A stretch of DNA of 47,845 nt from Anaerolineales bacterium (lineage in GTDB: Bacteria > Chloroflexota > Anaerolineae > Anaerolineales > UBA4823), in contig JBFENN010000001.1 of the NCBI GenBank assembly GCA_041551115.1, positions 1-47,845 on the forward strand. Reading direction: 5' to 3'. Under the pieces are notes generated by a model. The model saw only the letters and a program-made list of their open reading frames with translations, did not search any database and was not told the origin of the DNA. Of this stretch, positions 16,906 to 25,988 are shown one piece after another. Numbering within the stretch: the stretch's first letter is position 1; each line of letters begins with the position of its first letter. The position numbers and the translations under genes were made by a program.

Positions 16906-17712
16906 TTATTGCAAATATCCATCCAAAAACGATTGGAAGGAGGCAGGGTCACCTACCTTTTCAATGTAATCCATGATTGCCTTTCCATCTATAGGGTAAT
17001 ATGGATGACAGGATGAAGGTAATGCGCCCAACGGAGCATGAACCACTGCATCAACATAAGGAGCGACAATATCAGCTTTTTCGAGTTCTGAGACAATTTC
17101 TTCGGCGGTGACAACGACGACTTGTGACGCACCTACTAGCTCCTCATCGATTGCTTTGTTATTTCCGATGATGGCGTTACCGGCAATATCCGCCTTCAAT
17201 GCATGGATAATTGCTATATCAGGTCGAATGGCAGGAAATGCAACTAATTCTTCACCAGAGTATGGATCATTAATGGTCTTTACATCGGGCCTGATCGCAA
17301 GCATGTCTGTTCCAAGCCATCCCAGACCCGGCATAAAACCCACCCCAGCCAATTGTGCTTTGAGTCCAAATGAAAGGCTTGCCTCTGACTCTTCAATTAC
17401 TTCAATTTCCCCGCGGTTGGCGCGATAGGTATACATTGGTGCTAAGCCAAATATCTCTAATCCGAAATAGCAGGTGCGGACTTTTGATATCAGACCAGCG
17501 CCTACAAGCAGGTCGGACTCTAAGCTTGCAGTGAATGTGATCAGAGTGAGGTTGTCTGGTTGTCCATATTTTGTATGTCTTTGGAGGAGCTGCTTAGTGA
17601 AGGTAAATGGTCTTCGGTAGAGTGTCATACCTCCTAAGGCCAGGGAAGTGCCCGCTTCCACCAGTCTGGCAGCCTCCTCGAGAGATATCTGCTTATCCAT
17701 CTTTTTCTCCAA
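16906..17712 (-). CDS. CoA-transferase subunit A (glutaconate/3-oxoacid CoA-transferase family)
   Basis: The N-terminus ISLEEAARLVEAGTSLALGGMTLYRRP matches the GctA/AtoD-type subunit A pattern. No subunit B gene is adjacent. Confidence 0.75.
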   Translation of the reverse strand: MEKKMDKQISLEEAARLVEAGTSLALGGMTLYRRPFTFTKQLLQRHTKYGQPDNLTLITFTASLESDLLVGAGLISKVRTCYFGLEIFGLAPMYTYRANRGEIEVIEESEASLSFGLKAQLAGVGFMPGLGWLGTDMLAIRPDVKTINDPYSGEELVAFPAIRPDIAIIHALKADIAGNAIIGNNKAIDEELVGASQVVVVTAEEIVSELEKADIVAPYVDAVVHAPLGALPSSCHPYYPIDGKAIMDYIEKVGDPASFQSFLDGYLQ

Positions 17713-17721
17713 AGATTATCA

Positions 17722-17967
17722 TTAATTGTTATCGGGAAAGTTATTGTCATCACTCCCGGTCTTGAGTTTCTTTACAGCCCTGGATAGGTCCTCAAGCGCT
17801 CTATCTTCAGGTTCCCAAGGTCGTCGCAGACGCTGGAACATCCGCTTCCCTAACTCAATTTGCCGGATAGTTCCGCCACGACTAGCCATCGCATAAATGG
17901 CGGCATTTATTCCCACAACCATGAAAATGACACCACAGACAACAATTGGAACGCGATCAAGATCCAT
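17722..17967 (-). CDS. Hypothetical small single-pass membrane protein
   Basis: It has one hydrophobic span (IVVCGVIFMVVGINAAIYAMA) followed by a charged tail. Its stop lies 9 nt upstream of the CoA-transferase start. I recognise no family. Confidence 0.4.
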   Translation of the reverse strand: MDLDRVPIVVCGVIFMVVGINAAIYAMASRGGTIRQIELGKRMFQRLRRPWEPEDRALEDLSRAVKKLKTGSDDNNFPDNN

Positions 17968-18047
17968 TGCATACCCTTATGTACGATAATAGGGACAACC
18001 ACATATCAAAATGTGTAGTTATCGTCCAGCTTGAGGTTGGGATAATA

Positions 18048-18683
18048 TCATAGATCTTTTAGGACAATTGGTAGTTGGGAAATGGAGGATATTTGCATAT
18101 TTATTGTTGGATAGGTACAACCACTATTTACAAGTACTGTTAAAAAGCCGAAATTTTGAGCCGCAAGTATATTGCGGAGAGAATCATCAATCAATATACA
18201 TTTGCTTGGTTCAGAAACCCCGGCTCGCTCCATGGCTAATTGATAAGCTTTTGGTTCAGGTTTGCAGTGGAATTCCAATGCTCGAATGTCAATCAGGCTC
18301 TGAAAAATATTAGTATATCCCAAGTGATCTAAAACACGTTTCGCGTGGGCTTTATCAGCATTGGTAAAGATGAACTTTGCATAATTTATAGCTGAGATCA
18401 TAGCAGTGATTTGAGGTTCAGGTTTGAGATACTTGGTTAATGGTACGTCATGCACATAGGCTAGGAAAGCGTTCACATCGATATCATGTTTGATGAGTAA
18501 GCCCTTTAAAGTTGTACCGTATGTTTGGTAATATTCTTGGCGTAGATTGACAGCCTCCTCAAATGATAATCGGAGGTGGTCCTGGAGAAAGGTGTTCATC
18601 CGATCGCGGATGGCTTCCCAAAGACCGGACTTATGATCATATAAGGTGTCATCGAGATCGAAAAACAGTACTTTATCATTCAT
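18048..18683 (-). CDS. HAD-superfamily hydrolase (pyrimidine 5'-nucleotidase-like)
   Basis: HAD motif I is present as FFDLDDTLY, directly after the ATG at 18683. Motif IV-like LIDDS is also present. The longer ORF-track N-terminus would overlap mutL on the other strand. Confidence 0.8.
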   Translation of the reverse strand: MNDKVLFFDLDDTLYDHKSGLWEAIRDRMNTFLQDHLRLSFEEAVNLRQEYYQTYGTTLKGLLIKHDIDVNAFLAYVHDVPLTKYLKPEPQITAMISAINYAKFIFTNADKAHAKRVLDHLGYTNIFQSLIDIRALEFHCKPEPKAYQLAMERAGVSEPSKCILIDDSLRNILAAQNFGFLTVLVNSGCTYPTINMQISSISQLPIVLKDL

Positions 18684-18783
18684 CACTATATTATAAGGTC
18701 TGGAGGAACCATCATGGTTCGGTTTATTGGCGGGTAAACAGCCATACTTGTTTTTGAATGCACCCATCCTTTATAATACTCTC

Positions 18784-20562
18784 ATGCCGATCAAAATCTT
18801 ACCCGTAGATGTAGCCTCTCAAATTGCAGCTGGTGAAGTCGTTGAAAGGCCAGCGTCAGTTGTCAAGGAGTTAATAGAAAATTCTCTTGATGCAGGTGCC
18901 GATCATATTTCAATTCAGATAATGGGCGCAGGAAAACGAATAATCTCTGTGTCCGATAATGGAAGTGGTATATCGGCTGACGAACTCTCATTAGCTGTAG
19001 AACGTCATGCGACAAGTAAATTGACGATAGCTGATGATTTGTTCCATATTAGCACGTTAGGTTTTCGTGGGGAAGCCTTAGCTTCAATCGGATCCGTATC
19101 ACGTATGACGATATCCAGCCGGAGGGGATCAGATGGAAGTGGCAACCGTATCCGGGTGGAGGCAGGTCAGATTGTATATCAGAAATCTATCGGAGCGCCT
19201 AAGGGAACCTCTATCCAGGTCGAAGAGCTTTTCTACAATGTTCCTGCCCGGTTGGAATTCTTGAAAACCGATCGGACAGAATTACGTCAGATTGACGACA
19301 TTGTCATGAGATATGCGGTGGCAAATCCAGAGGTCCGGTTTGAACTCTTCCGAGAAGGGAAGAAAATTCTCCAAACAAGCGGATTAAATGATCGGAGAGA
19401 AACACTAGCTGCAATTATGGGTGTCGAAGTATCGCGAGAGATGCTTGAAGTCATTGCAGAGGAAGATGATATTTCGATCAATGGATTTATCAGTCCGATA
19501 AACAGGTCAAAATCTAATCGAAGAGATATCTACTTTTTTGTGAATCGGAGACCGATCCAGGATCCATCCTTAGTGACGGCTCTCAACCAGGCATACCATA
19601 CAATGTTGATGGTAGGTAGATATCCTTTTGGTTACTTGTTCGTCCAAATACCCTCAGAATTCGTTGATGTAAACGTCCACCCTGCTAAGGCTGAAGTCCG
19701 TTTTAAAGATCCAAAAAGAGTTTTCCGGGCTGTACAAAGAGCTGCCAGACGATCGCTTTTGGCGCATTCGCCAATACCAGAGCTCAATCAGCACTCAGAT
19801 TGGCTGCAGAATACGTGGCACACTGCACCTATAACTTCTCCGGATGCAAGCCCAGACGTATTACCAAAGTCCGTGGGTTGGCAATATCCATCCACTCAGG
19901 AAATTCCGGAAACTCAGGCTACATCTGATCATCCTGGGTTTTCTTCATTAAAGACTCCAATATTGAGATTGATCGGTCAAGTCGGGGCTGCTTATCTTGT
20001 AACGGAAGGCCCAGATGGTTTATATCTCATTGACCAGCATGCGGCTCACGAGAGAGTTTTGTTTGAAAGGTATCTTGCTGCCTATGAAAACGGGCAGAAG
20101 AATAACAATAGTATCGATTCACAAGGATTACTCCAACCTGTTTCAATAGAGTTTTCTATGACGAAAGCTTCCATGTTGGAGGAGCAATTGGACATACTCA
20201 ATCAACTGGGATTTGTTATTGAGCCCTTCGGTTCGAACACTTTCATAGTTAGGCAAGTCCCAGCATTATTGACTGATATTGAACCTGAAGCTGCACTGAG
20301 GATACTTATTGATGACTTTGAAGAAGATGAATCTCCTCTTCAGCAACAAGTTGAAGCCCGGATCATTGCGCGAGTTTGTAAACGAGCAGCCATCAAAGCC
20401 GGACAAGTACTCTCAGGTGCAGAGCAACAGAAATTGCTGTCTGATTTAGAGCAGTGTCAATCCCCGAGAACCTGCCCTCACGGGCGACCAACGATGATTC
20501 ATTTATCCGTGGATCTGTTAGAGCGACAATTTGGAAGGAAAGGCTCACGCAGCGGACTGTAG
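18784..20562 (+). CDS. mutL: DNA mismatch repair protein MutL (endonuclease-type)
   Basis: The N-terminal GHKL ATPase region reads IAAGEVVERPASVVKELIENSLDAGA. The C-terminus carries the endonuclease motif DQHAAHERVLFE plus CPHGRP, which are typical of MutH-independent MutL. The start is the ATG at 18784 (MPIKILP). Confidence 0.95.
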   Translation: MPIKILPVDVASQIAAGEVVERPASVVKELIENSLDAGADHISIQIMGAGKRIISVSDNGSGISADELSLAVERHATSKLTIADDLFHISTLGFRGEALASIGSVSRMTISSRRGSDGSGNRIRVEAGQIVYQKSIGAPKGTSIQVEELFYNVPARLEFLKTDRTELRQIDDIVMRYAVANPEVRFELFREGKKILQTSGLNDRRETLAAIMGVEVSREMLEVIAEEDDISINGFISPINRSKSNRRDIYFFVNRRPIQDPSLVTALNQAYHTMLMVGRYPFGYLFVQIPSEFVDVNVHPAKAEVRFKDPKRVFRAVQRAARRSLLAHSPIPELNQHSDWLQNTWHTAPITSPDASPDVLPKSVGWQYPSTQEIPETQATSDHPGFSSLKTPILRLIGQVGAAYLVTEGPDGLYLIDQHAAHERVLFERYLAAYENGQKNNNSIDSQGLLQPVSIEFSMTKASMLEEQLDILNQLGFVIEPFGSNTFIVRQVPALLTDIEPEAALRILIDDFEEDESPLQQQVEARIIARVCKRAAIKAGQVLSGAEQQKLLSDLEQCQSPRTCPHGRPTMIHLSVDLLERQFGRKGSRSGL

Positions 20563-20635
20563 TCCCAAACTATAAGTTTATTTTTCTGCCTGAAACTGCT
20601 ACTTTTGAGAACGCGGTAATAGATATTCTTGTTGA

Positions 20636-21850
20636 CTATCCTTTAGCATTTGGGAAAATTGGTAAGTGGATAATGAATGTTGTTCCTTCACCAACTGTGC
20701 TTTGTATTTCAATATGGCCTCGATGTGCTTCGATTATTCGCTTACATATTGAAAGACCTAATCCGCTCCCTTGGGCGCGGTCCTGGGTGCGGGGAATGCG
20801 GTAGAAACGTTCATAGACATTTAATAATTGATTTTCCGGTATACCTGGCCCATTATCTGCAACGCGGATCAAGGCTTCATTTGGTGAGACCTCTCCTGAA
20901 AGTCTAATTTGTCCCCCTTCATGTGTATATTTCGTTGCATTGCTCAGAAGATTAATCACCACTTGTAATAGTTTATTGTAATCACCAGTTATGGGCCCAT
21001 CGCCTTTTACAGGTTCAACCACGAGAGCTTGATGTTTTTCTTCGATTTTCCCTTTCATGACCTGCACCGCTTCAGGCAACAATTCAGATAGATAGATTTG
21101 CTCAATCTGAAATTTGGTTCTTCCCGACTCTAGCCGTGCAAAATCCAAATATGAAGTAGTCATGTCGGTAAGACGGCTGATTTCCTGCTGCAGTATAAGA
21201 ACCAATTCTTCCAGTTGTTCTTTTGGGAGGTCTGGTCTGGATAATAAATATGTTGCTGTGTTCAACGATGCCAGTGGTGTGCCTAGCTCATGAACAAGTT
21301 CGGAGATGAGGTCAGATTGCTGGAACAAACGTGTATTCTCAATTGCAACTGCAGCTTGGGCGCCTAGGGCACAGATGATTTCAAGATCTTCATTCGAAAA
21401 TTCGCCAATCTCCTTATTTATCAACTCCAAGACACCAATAACTTTTTCCTGCGTAACAAGAGGAATCCCCAATAAAGATTTTGTGCTGATATTCGTTACT
21501 TTTGCAATTTCTTCAAAGTATCTGGGATCTTTACTTACATCAGGAATTATGACCGCCTCTTTATGAGTTAAAACCCAACCTGCGAGGCTTGAATCAATTG
21601 GAACATTTAACCCACGCATAACAGGTGCTTCCAAATTTGATGTCGCCTGGAAATAAAGCTGCTCCTTGAATTGATCATACAAGAGGATAGAGGCGGCTTC
21701 TGCTGCGCAAAGGTTCGCTGCTGCATTGACAATTTTCTTTAAGAGTGTATCCAACTCGAGTGTCGAGGCGAGATCCTGTGTGATTTCGAGCAGCTTTTGA
21801 TATCTTTCTATTGATTCTGCGAGACTAGGATTTGCCATCCAGCACCTCAT
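20636..21850 (-). CDS. Cytoplasmic GAF-domain sensor histidine kinase
   Basis: There is no TM span. A GAF-like N-terminal half is followed by the H-box SELVHELGTPLASL, N-box LLSNATKYT, G1 DNGPGI and G2 GSGLGLS. The gene overlaps the sirtuin gene's 3' end. Confidence 0.85.
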   Translation of the reverse strand: MRCWMANPSLAESIERYQKLLEITQDLASTLELDTLLKKIVNAAANLCAAEAASILLYDQFKEQLYFQATSNLEAPVMRGLNVPIDSSLAGWVLTHKEAVIIPDVSKDPRYFEEIAKVTNISTKSLLGIPLVTQEKVIGVLELINKEIGEFSNEDLEIICALGAQAAVAIENTRLFQQSDLISELVHELGTPLASLNTATYLLSRPDLPKEQLEELVLILQQEISRLTDMTTSYLDFARLESGRTKFQIEQIYLSELLPEAVQVMKGKIEEKHQALVVEPVKGDGPITGDYNKLLQVVINLLSNATKYTHEGGQIRLSGEVSPNEALIRVADNGPGIPENQLLNVYERFYRIPRTQDRAQGSGLGLSICKRIIEAHRGHIEIQSTVGEGTTFIIHLPIFPNAKG

Positions 21851-22592
21851 TTACTACAGCAGGTATCGTTTCGGCTACATCCTCTCGAAGAATGATATCA
21901 GCACGGATGTCCATGTAGGTTTCTTGTTGATTTAAAATGATTAAATGGGCTCCGTTTTCAATCGACTGCATCGGTAATCCTGCAACAGGTATGACTTCTA
22001 ATGAGGAGCCTATTACCATCAGTAAATCACACCTGCGACATGCTTCAACTGCTTGTAACCAGGTTTGTGCTGGTAATTGTTCACCAAATAGAATAGCATC
22101 TGGTTTCAGAATTCTCCGACATGATCTGCAGCGCGGGGGCTTTCCATCTTGAATAAACATGGAAAAGAATTCTGAAGAATCGTGTTGTTTAAAACAAGAG
22201 GTGCAAGTAAGTGTCCGGAATGAACCATGGACTTCAAGAACATTGTTTGAGCCTGCTTTTTGATGCAGGCTATCAACATTTTGCGTAATGATCTTCTGTA
22301 GATACCCAGCTGCCTCCAATTTTGCGAGTCCGTAATGGGCAGAATTTGGGGGTGCAAGTGAGATCAACTTTGCCAGAGGTCTTAGCCAATTATAAACTTG
22401 CTCAGGATGGTGTCGGAACGCATTGAGAGAAGCGACTTCGAATGGATTATACGTTTCCCACAAGCCGCTGTTTGGAGAACGAAAATCTGGGATGCCGGAT
22501 GGAGTTGATACACCAGCACCTGAGATAGCAATTGTATATTTGCAGGTTCGTATTAGATGACCAATCTTTTTTATTGTTTCTTCACTCATCAA
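21825..22592 (-). CDS. cobB: NAD-dependent protein deacylase (Sir2/CobB-type sirtuin)
   Basis: Sirtuin motifs are present: GAGVSTPSGIPDFRS, TQNVDSLHQKAG, and the catalytic His in LEVHGS. The Zn ribbon is CTSC...CRSC and GSSLEV follows. At 255 aa it is a compact housekeeping-type sirtuin. Confidence 0.9.
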   Translation of the reverse strand: MMSEETIKKIGHLIRTCKYTIAISGAGVSTPSGIPDFRSPNSGLWETYNPFEVASLNAFRHHPEQVYNWLRPLAKLISLAPPNSAHYGLAKLEAAGYLQKIITQNVDSLHQKAGSNNVLEVHGSFRTLTCTSCFKQHDSSEFFSMFIQDGKPPRCRSCRRILKPDAILFGEQLPAQTWLQAVEACRRCDLLMVIGSSLEVIPVAGLPMQSIENGAHLIILNQQETYMDIRADIILREDVAETIPAVVNEVLDGKS

Positions 22593-22605
22593 AGAAATGA
22601 ATGCG

Positions 22606-23748
22606 TTAAAGAAGTTTAGCAGCTAGTTTGTGATATTGTTGAGTTGTTAAGCTATCACTATGTTGGATGATTACAGGTACACCATTAGAAGAGGATTGGT
22701 AAGTGAGTTCAGGAATCGGGGTAAAAATTACCGCGAGGCTTCTATCAAGTTTCTCTTGAACTTGGCTCCATGACATTTGTACTCCAGATTGTACGCGATT
22801 CACTAACGCCACATATATTCTATCCAGATCTACGCCAAATTGGGGAAAATCATCCAATAGAAGTTTTGCTTGGGTTAATGTAGTCGGTACGGGTTCGACA
22901 ACGAGCACAATTTTGTCACAAAGGGGCAGGATTTTTCGGCTGGTCCGTGAAAGCGGTGATCCAAGGTCAATAACGAGACAGTCTGTTGCAGCTGATAGGT
23001 GGGAAGTAATTTTTTCATAGTGTTCAGCATAGTCCACAAGCCTGCTATCCCTTGGGTGATGCGAGGCAAGCAAAATTTTTATGCCGCTTGGGTGATGCTC
23101 CATTTTCTCGGTTAGCGCTTCAGTGTTTATTTCATTTGGATTCTTATCAAAAATATAATTAAGCCCATCTGTTTTTTGGTATCCTAAGTCAAGCCCAATT
23201 TGCCCTTGCCCTGGTCGGAAATCTGCAAGGCTAACATCTTTTCGGTACTCTTTATGCAACATGACAGACAGATTGATTGCCAGGGTAGTGACACCAAGTC
23301 CCCCCTTGTTCGCAATCACCCCGATCACTTGACCTCGTTCAGAGGGTAGAGTTGACAATGAGGCTGAATTAGGGAGCTTCGATCGACTCAACACTGCATT
23401 CATATGAGCAAACAATTCGCGAGGTTGGGTGGGTTTTGTGAGGTAATCATCAGCACCTGCTTCAAATCCCTTTACTCGATCTTCTACTTCCGCCTTAGCT
23501 GTAAACATAATGATCGGTACATTTGCCGAAGAAGTGGTTGATCGAATTCGTCTTGCAACCTCAAAACCATCCATATCTGGCATCATCACATCCAGCAGGA
23601 TTAAATCTGGTGATTCCAAACCGATCATTTTTAATGCTTGGGCGCCATTGCTTGCGGATTCGACATCATACCCTTGGCGCTGAAGCATTAAACTTACTAG
23701 ACGCAGAGTATCAGGATCGTCATCAACTAAGAGGACTCTGTCGGCCAT
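22606..23748 (-). CDS. Response-regulator receiver fused to an atypical ParA/MinD-like (TadZ/CpaE-like) domain
   Basis: The receiver is canonical (VDDDP, LLDVMMPDMDG, FTAK, LTKP). The C-terminal half carries NKGGLGVTTLAINLS, a deviant Walker A lacking the GK[ST] lysine as in TadZ/CpaE. A Walker B-like LVIDLG is also present. Confidence 0.8.
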   Translation of the reverse strand: MADRVLLVDDDPDTLRLVSLMLQRQGYDVESASNGAQALKMIGLESPDLILLDVMMPDMDGFEVARRIRSTTSSANVPIIMFTAKAEVEDRVKGFEAGADDYLTKPTQPRELFAHMNAVLSRSKLPNSASLSTLPSERGQVIGVIANKGGLGVTTLAINLSVMLHKEYRKDVSLADFRPGQGQIGLDLGYQKTDGLNYIFDKNPNEINTEALTEKMEHHPSGIKILLASHHPRDSRLVDYAEHYEKITSHLSAATDCLVIDLGSPLSRTSRKILPLCDKIVLVVEPVPTTLTQAKLLLDDFPQFGVDLDRIYVALVNRVQSGVQMSWSQVQEKLDRSLAVIFTPIPELTYQSSSNGVPVIIQHSDSLTTQQYHKLAAKLL

Positions 23749-23806
23749 ATATACTCCTCATACGTGGTGTAGCTCAATTTCTTCGTAATTCTTATGAACA
23801 TTTTGG

Positions 23807-23833
23807 TTGATACATGATCTAATCGACTATAAT
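23807..23833 (+). promoter_or_regulatory. Possible promoter for tilS (TTGATA-15 nt-TATAAT)
   Basis: TTGATA lies at 23807-23812 and TATAAT at 23828-23833, only 10 nt before the ATG at 23844. That would give a near-leaderless mRNA. The spacer is short, so confidence is low. Confidence 0.3.
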
Positions 23834-23843
23834 TTTTCACAAG

Positions 23844-25274
23844 ATGAACAGATCTTTACAAGCTATTTTACATCAAGAATGGCAATTTGAACCTGAACAA
23901 CATCTCCTGATTGGATTATCCGGTGGCCCAGATAGTCTGTGTTTACTTGATCTGATTGAAAATGAGAAATATAAGATCACTATTGCTCATATGAATCATT
24001 GTTTGAGGAATGAGTCAGATATTGACGCGGATTTTGTAAAGAAAATTGCTCATCATTATCGTTTATCGATTATCTGTAGCGAAGCAAATGTCAAAGATTA
24101 CGCTTCAAAGAATGGATTATCGATTGAAGCTGCTGCAAGAGTCCTTCGATATCGTTTCTTATTCGAAAACGCTGAGAGAATTGGTGCCCAAGCTGTCCTT
24201 GTTGGGCACACTGCTGATGATCAGATTGAAACGATCATGCTTCATATCCTGCGAGGTACAGGTCTTCCAGGACTGCAAGGAATGCAAATTATTTCAAAAC
24301 CAAATCCATGGTCAAAAACGATACCTCTTGTGAGACCATTGTTAAATGTTTGGAGACATGAAGTTCTTGCCTATTTGGCAAAACGCGGTTTGCAGCCTGT
24401 AATTGACTCTTCAAATAAAGATCAGCGCTTTATGCGTAATCGAATCCGTCATGAACTGTTTCCATTAATGGAGAGTTATAATCCCGGATTCAAGCATAGC
24501 TTATTTAGGATGGGAAATATATTAGCAGGTGATCATCAACTAATTACATCAATCGTCGATGCAACCTGGCGAGATTGTGTTCTTGACATCAAAGATGATT
24601 ATGTGATTCTTCAAAGAGAGAACTTCCTATCTCAACATCAAGCAATGCAGCGATATCTACTCCGGAAAGGTGTAGAAGCACTCCATCAAAATTGTCTCGA
24701 TCTAGATTTCAGAGCTATCAGTGATGCAGTTGAATTCATCAAAAATCCTGGCCGCTCAAGGAGCCGCAATCTTATTGATGACCTATCGATAAACCTAAGG
24801 GATAACCAAATCCTAATTGCAGCGGATATATATAAGGCAGATCGACAGAATTGGCCCACGATCGATCCTGGTGTTGTAATCGAAATTACTGTTCCCCATT
24901 GCCACCATTTTGCTGGTGGTTGGCAGTTGCACACTAGCAAGTTGCCAGCAAACTCGATCATTCTGTCAGAGATAAAGATGAATTCAGATCCTTTTTCTGC
25001 TTGGTTCGATGCCGAAAAACTACATAATCCACTGTATCTCCGAACGCGTCAAGCTGGCGATCGCCTGGCTCCATTAGGGATGCGGGATGGGACAATGAAA
25101 ATTGCTGATTTAATGATTAACCACAAAATTCCGCAAAGTGTCCGGAACAAGATTCCATTGCTTTATTCAGCCAACGAAATTATTTGGGTTCCGGGTATCC
25201 AAATAGCTCAATCTGTACGGATTACCGGGAGCACCGAGACCATTATTCAGATGCAGTTTTCTAAGGCAAATTAA
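23844..25274 (+). CDS. tilS: tRNA(Ile)-lysidine synthetase
   Basis: The PP-loop GLSGGPDS sits near the N-terminus. HTADDQIETIMLHILRG and the C-terminal TilS substrate-binding region (RTRQAGDRL) are also present. Confidence 0.9.
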   Translation: MNRSLQAILHQEWQFEPEQHLLIGLSGGPDSLCLLDLIENEKYKITIAHMNHCLRNESDIDADFVKKIAHHYRLSIICSEANVKDYASKNGLSIEAAARVLRYRFLFENAERIGAQAVLVGHTADDQIETIMLHILRGTGLPGLQGMQIISKPNPWSKTIPLVRPLLNVWRHEVLAYLAKRGLQPVIDSSNKDQRFMRNRIRHELFPLMESYNPGFKHSLFRMGNILAGDHQLITSIVDATWRDCVLDIKDDYVILQRENFLSQHQAMQRYLLRKGVEALHQNCLDLDFRAISDAVEFIKNPGRSRSRNLIDDLSINLRDNQILIAADIYKADRQNWPTIDPGVVIEITVPHCHHFAGGWQLHTSKLPANSIILSEIKMNSDPFSAWFDAEKLHNPLYLRTRQAGDRLAPLGMRDGTMKIADLMINHKIPQSVRNKIPLLYSANEIIWVPGIQIAQSVRITGSTETIIQMQFSKAN

Positions 25275-25358
25275 GCATCACCAATTGGGATATCAGAATC
25301 AATCGAAATCATATTTCGTGAAGCCTGGAAAGCTTGAGCAAAGAGTATAAGGACGGGA

Positions 25359-25901
25359 ATGAAGATAAAATTCTATGCAACACTAAGGGACATCGTCGGA
25401 CAGAAGGAAATAGAATTTGATATTGAGTCCGGAGTGACAGTCCAGGAAATGATTAATCATGTAATTAATGAATATCCCCGGCTAAAAAGAGAGCTTCTCG
25501 ATGACGATGGCAATCTATACCAACACGTTCATGTCTTCGTTAATGGAAGGGATTCTCCATATTTAGAAGAAGCTCTATCCACGCCGATCCAAGCCAATGA
25601 TAAGATCGATATATTTCCTGCGGTTGGCGGCGGTAAAGGTGAGAGTATTCAATTTGTTCAAGAAATGTGTGGAATACCAATCTGGTTGTTACAGAAGTAC
25701 CTCACTGAACTTGGTGCTGAAGAAAATGGAAAGAATATGGTCATTGGTAATGGTTGGAAAGCCAATCTTTATCAGATGGAAGATTTCCAAATCGGATCTT
25801 TGGTTGTAGGACAGGTCCGAATTGAACTGGAGGCCGATCCAGAAGTCTGGAAGGACCTTAAACTAAAGCTTGAGAAAAAATTGCTGCGTGCTGGGGGTTG
25901 A
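25359..25901 (+). CDS. MoaD/ThiS-like ubiquitin-fold domain (aa 1-92, ends VGGG) fused to an ~88-aa C-terminal domain of unknown function
   Basis: The N-terminal half (MKIKFYATLRDIVG...VFVNGR...IDIFPAVGGG) fits the MoaD-type beta-grasp, with its GG at 25626-25634. The ORF continues to 25901 and itself ends in RAGG. The gene is convergent with AOR. Confidence 0.7.
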   Translation: MKIKFYATLRDIVGQKEIEFDIESGVTVQEMINHVINEYPRLKRELLDDDGNLYQHVHVFVNGRDSPYLEEALSTPIQANDKIDIFPAVGGGKGESIQFVQEMCGIPIWLLQKYLTELGAEENGKNMVIGNGWKANLYQMEDFQIGSLVVGQVRIELEADPEVWKDLKLKLEKKLLRAGG

Positions 25902-25933
25902 AGCAAGATCGAATAGATTACAATTTCAGAACA

Positions 25934-25962
25934 AGCAGGGCTCGATAATTTCGAGCCCTGCT
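25934..25962. terminator. Bidirectional hairpin between convergent MoaD-like and AOR genes
   Basis: A perfect 12-bp stem pairs agcagggctcga (25934-25945) with tcgagccctgct (25951-25962), with a 5-nt loop. There is no long T-run on either side, so the intrinsic-terminator call is moderate. Confidence 0.55.
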
Positions 25963-25988
25963 CTGTAATGGAAACGCAGTTATTGCGT

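Noticed and set aside
18684-18783. Extended N-termini of the HAD hydrolase (to 18767) and mutL (from 18727) that would overlap head-to-head
   Set aside because: Both proteins have canonical N-termini at internal ATGs (18683: MNDKVLFFDLDD; 18784: MPIKILPVDV). The extensions are artefacts of longest-ORF calling, and the 100-nt gap is a normal divergent promoter region.
21825-22592. Sir2-domain gene as an anti-phage defence effector (Thoeris ThsA / DSR / SIR2-HerA type)
   Set aside because: The protein is a compact 255-aa sirtuin with all deacylase motifs and an intact Zn ribbon, as in CobB-type housekeeping enzymes. It has no SLOG, TIR, HerA, pAgo or large N-terminal sensor partner, and its neighbours are signalling genes.
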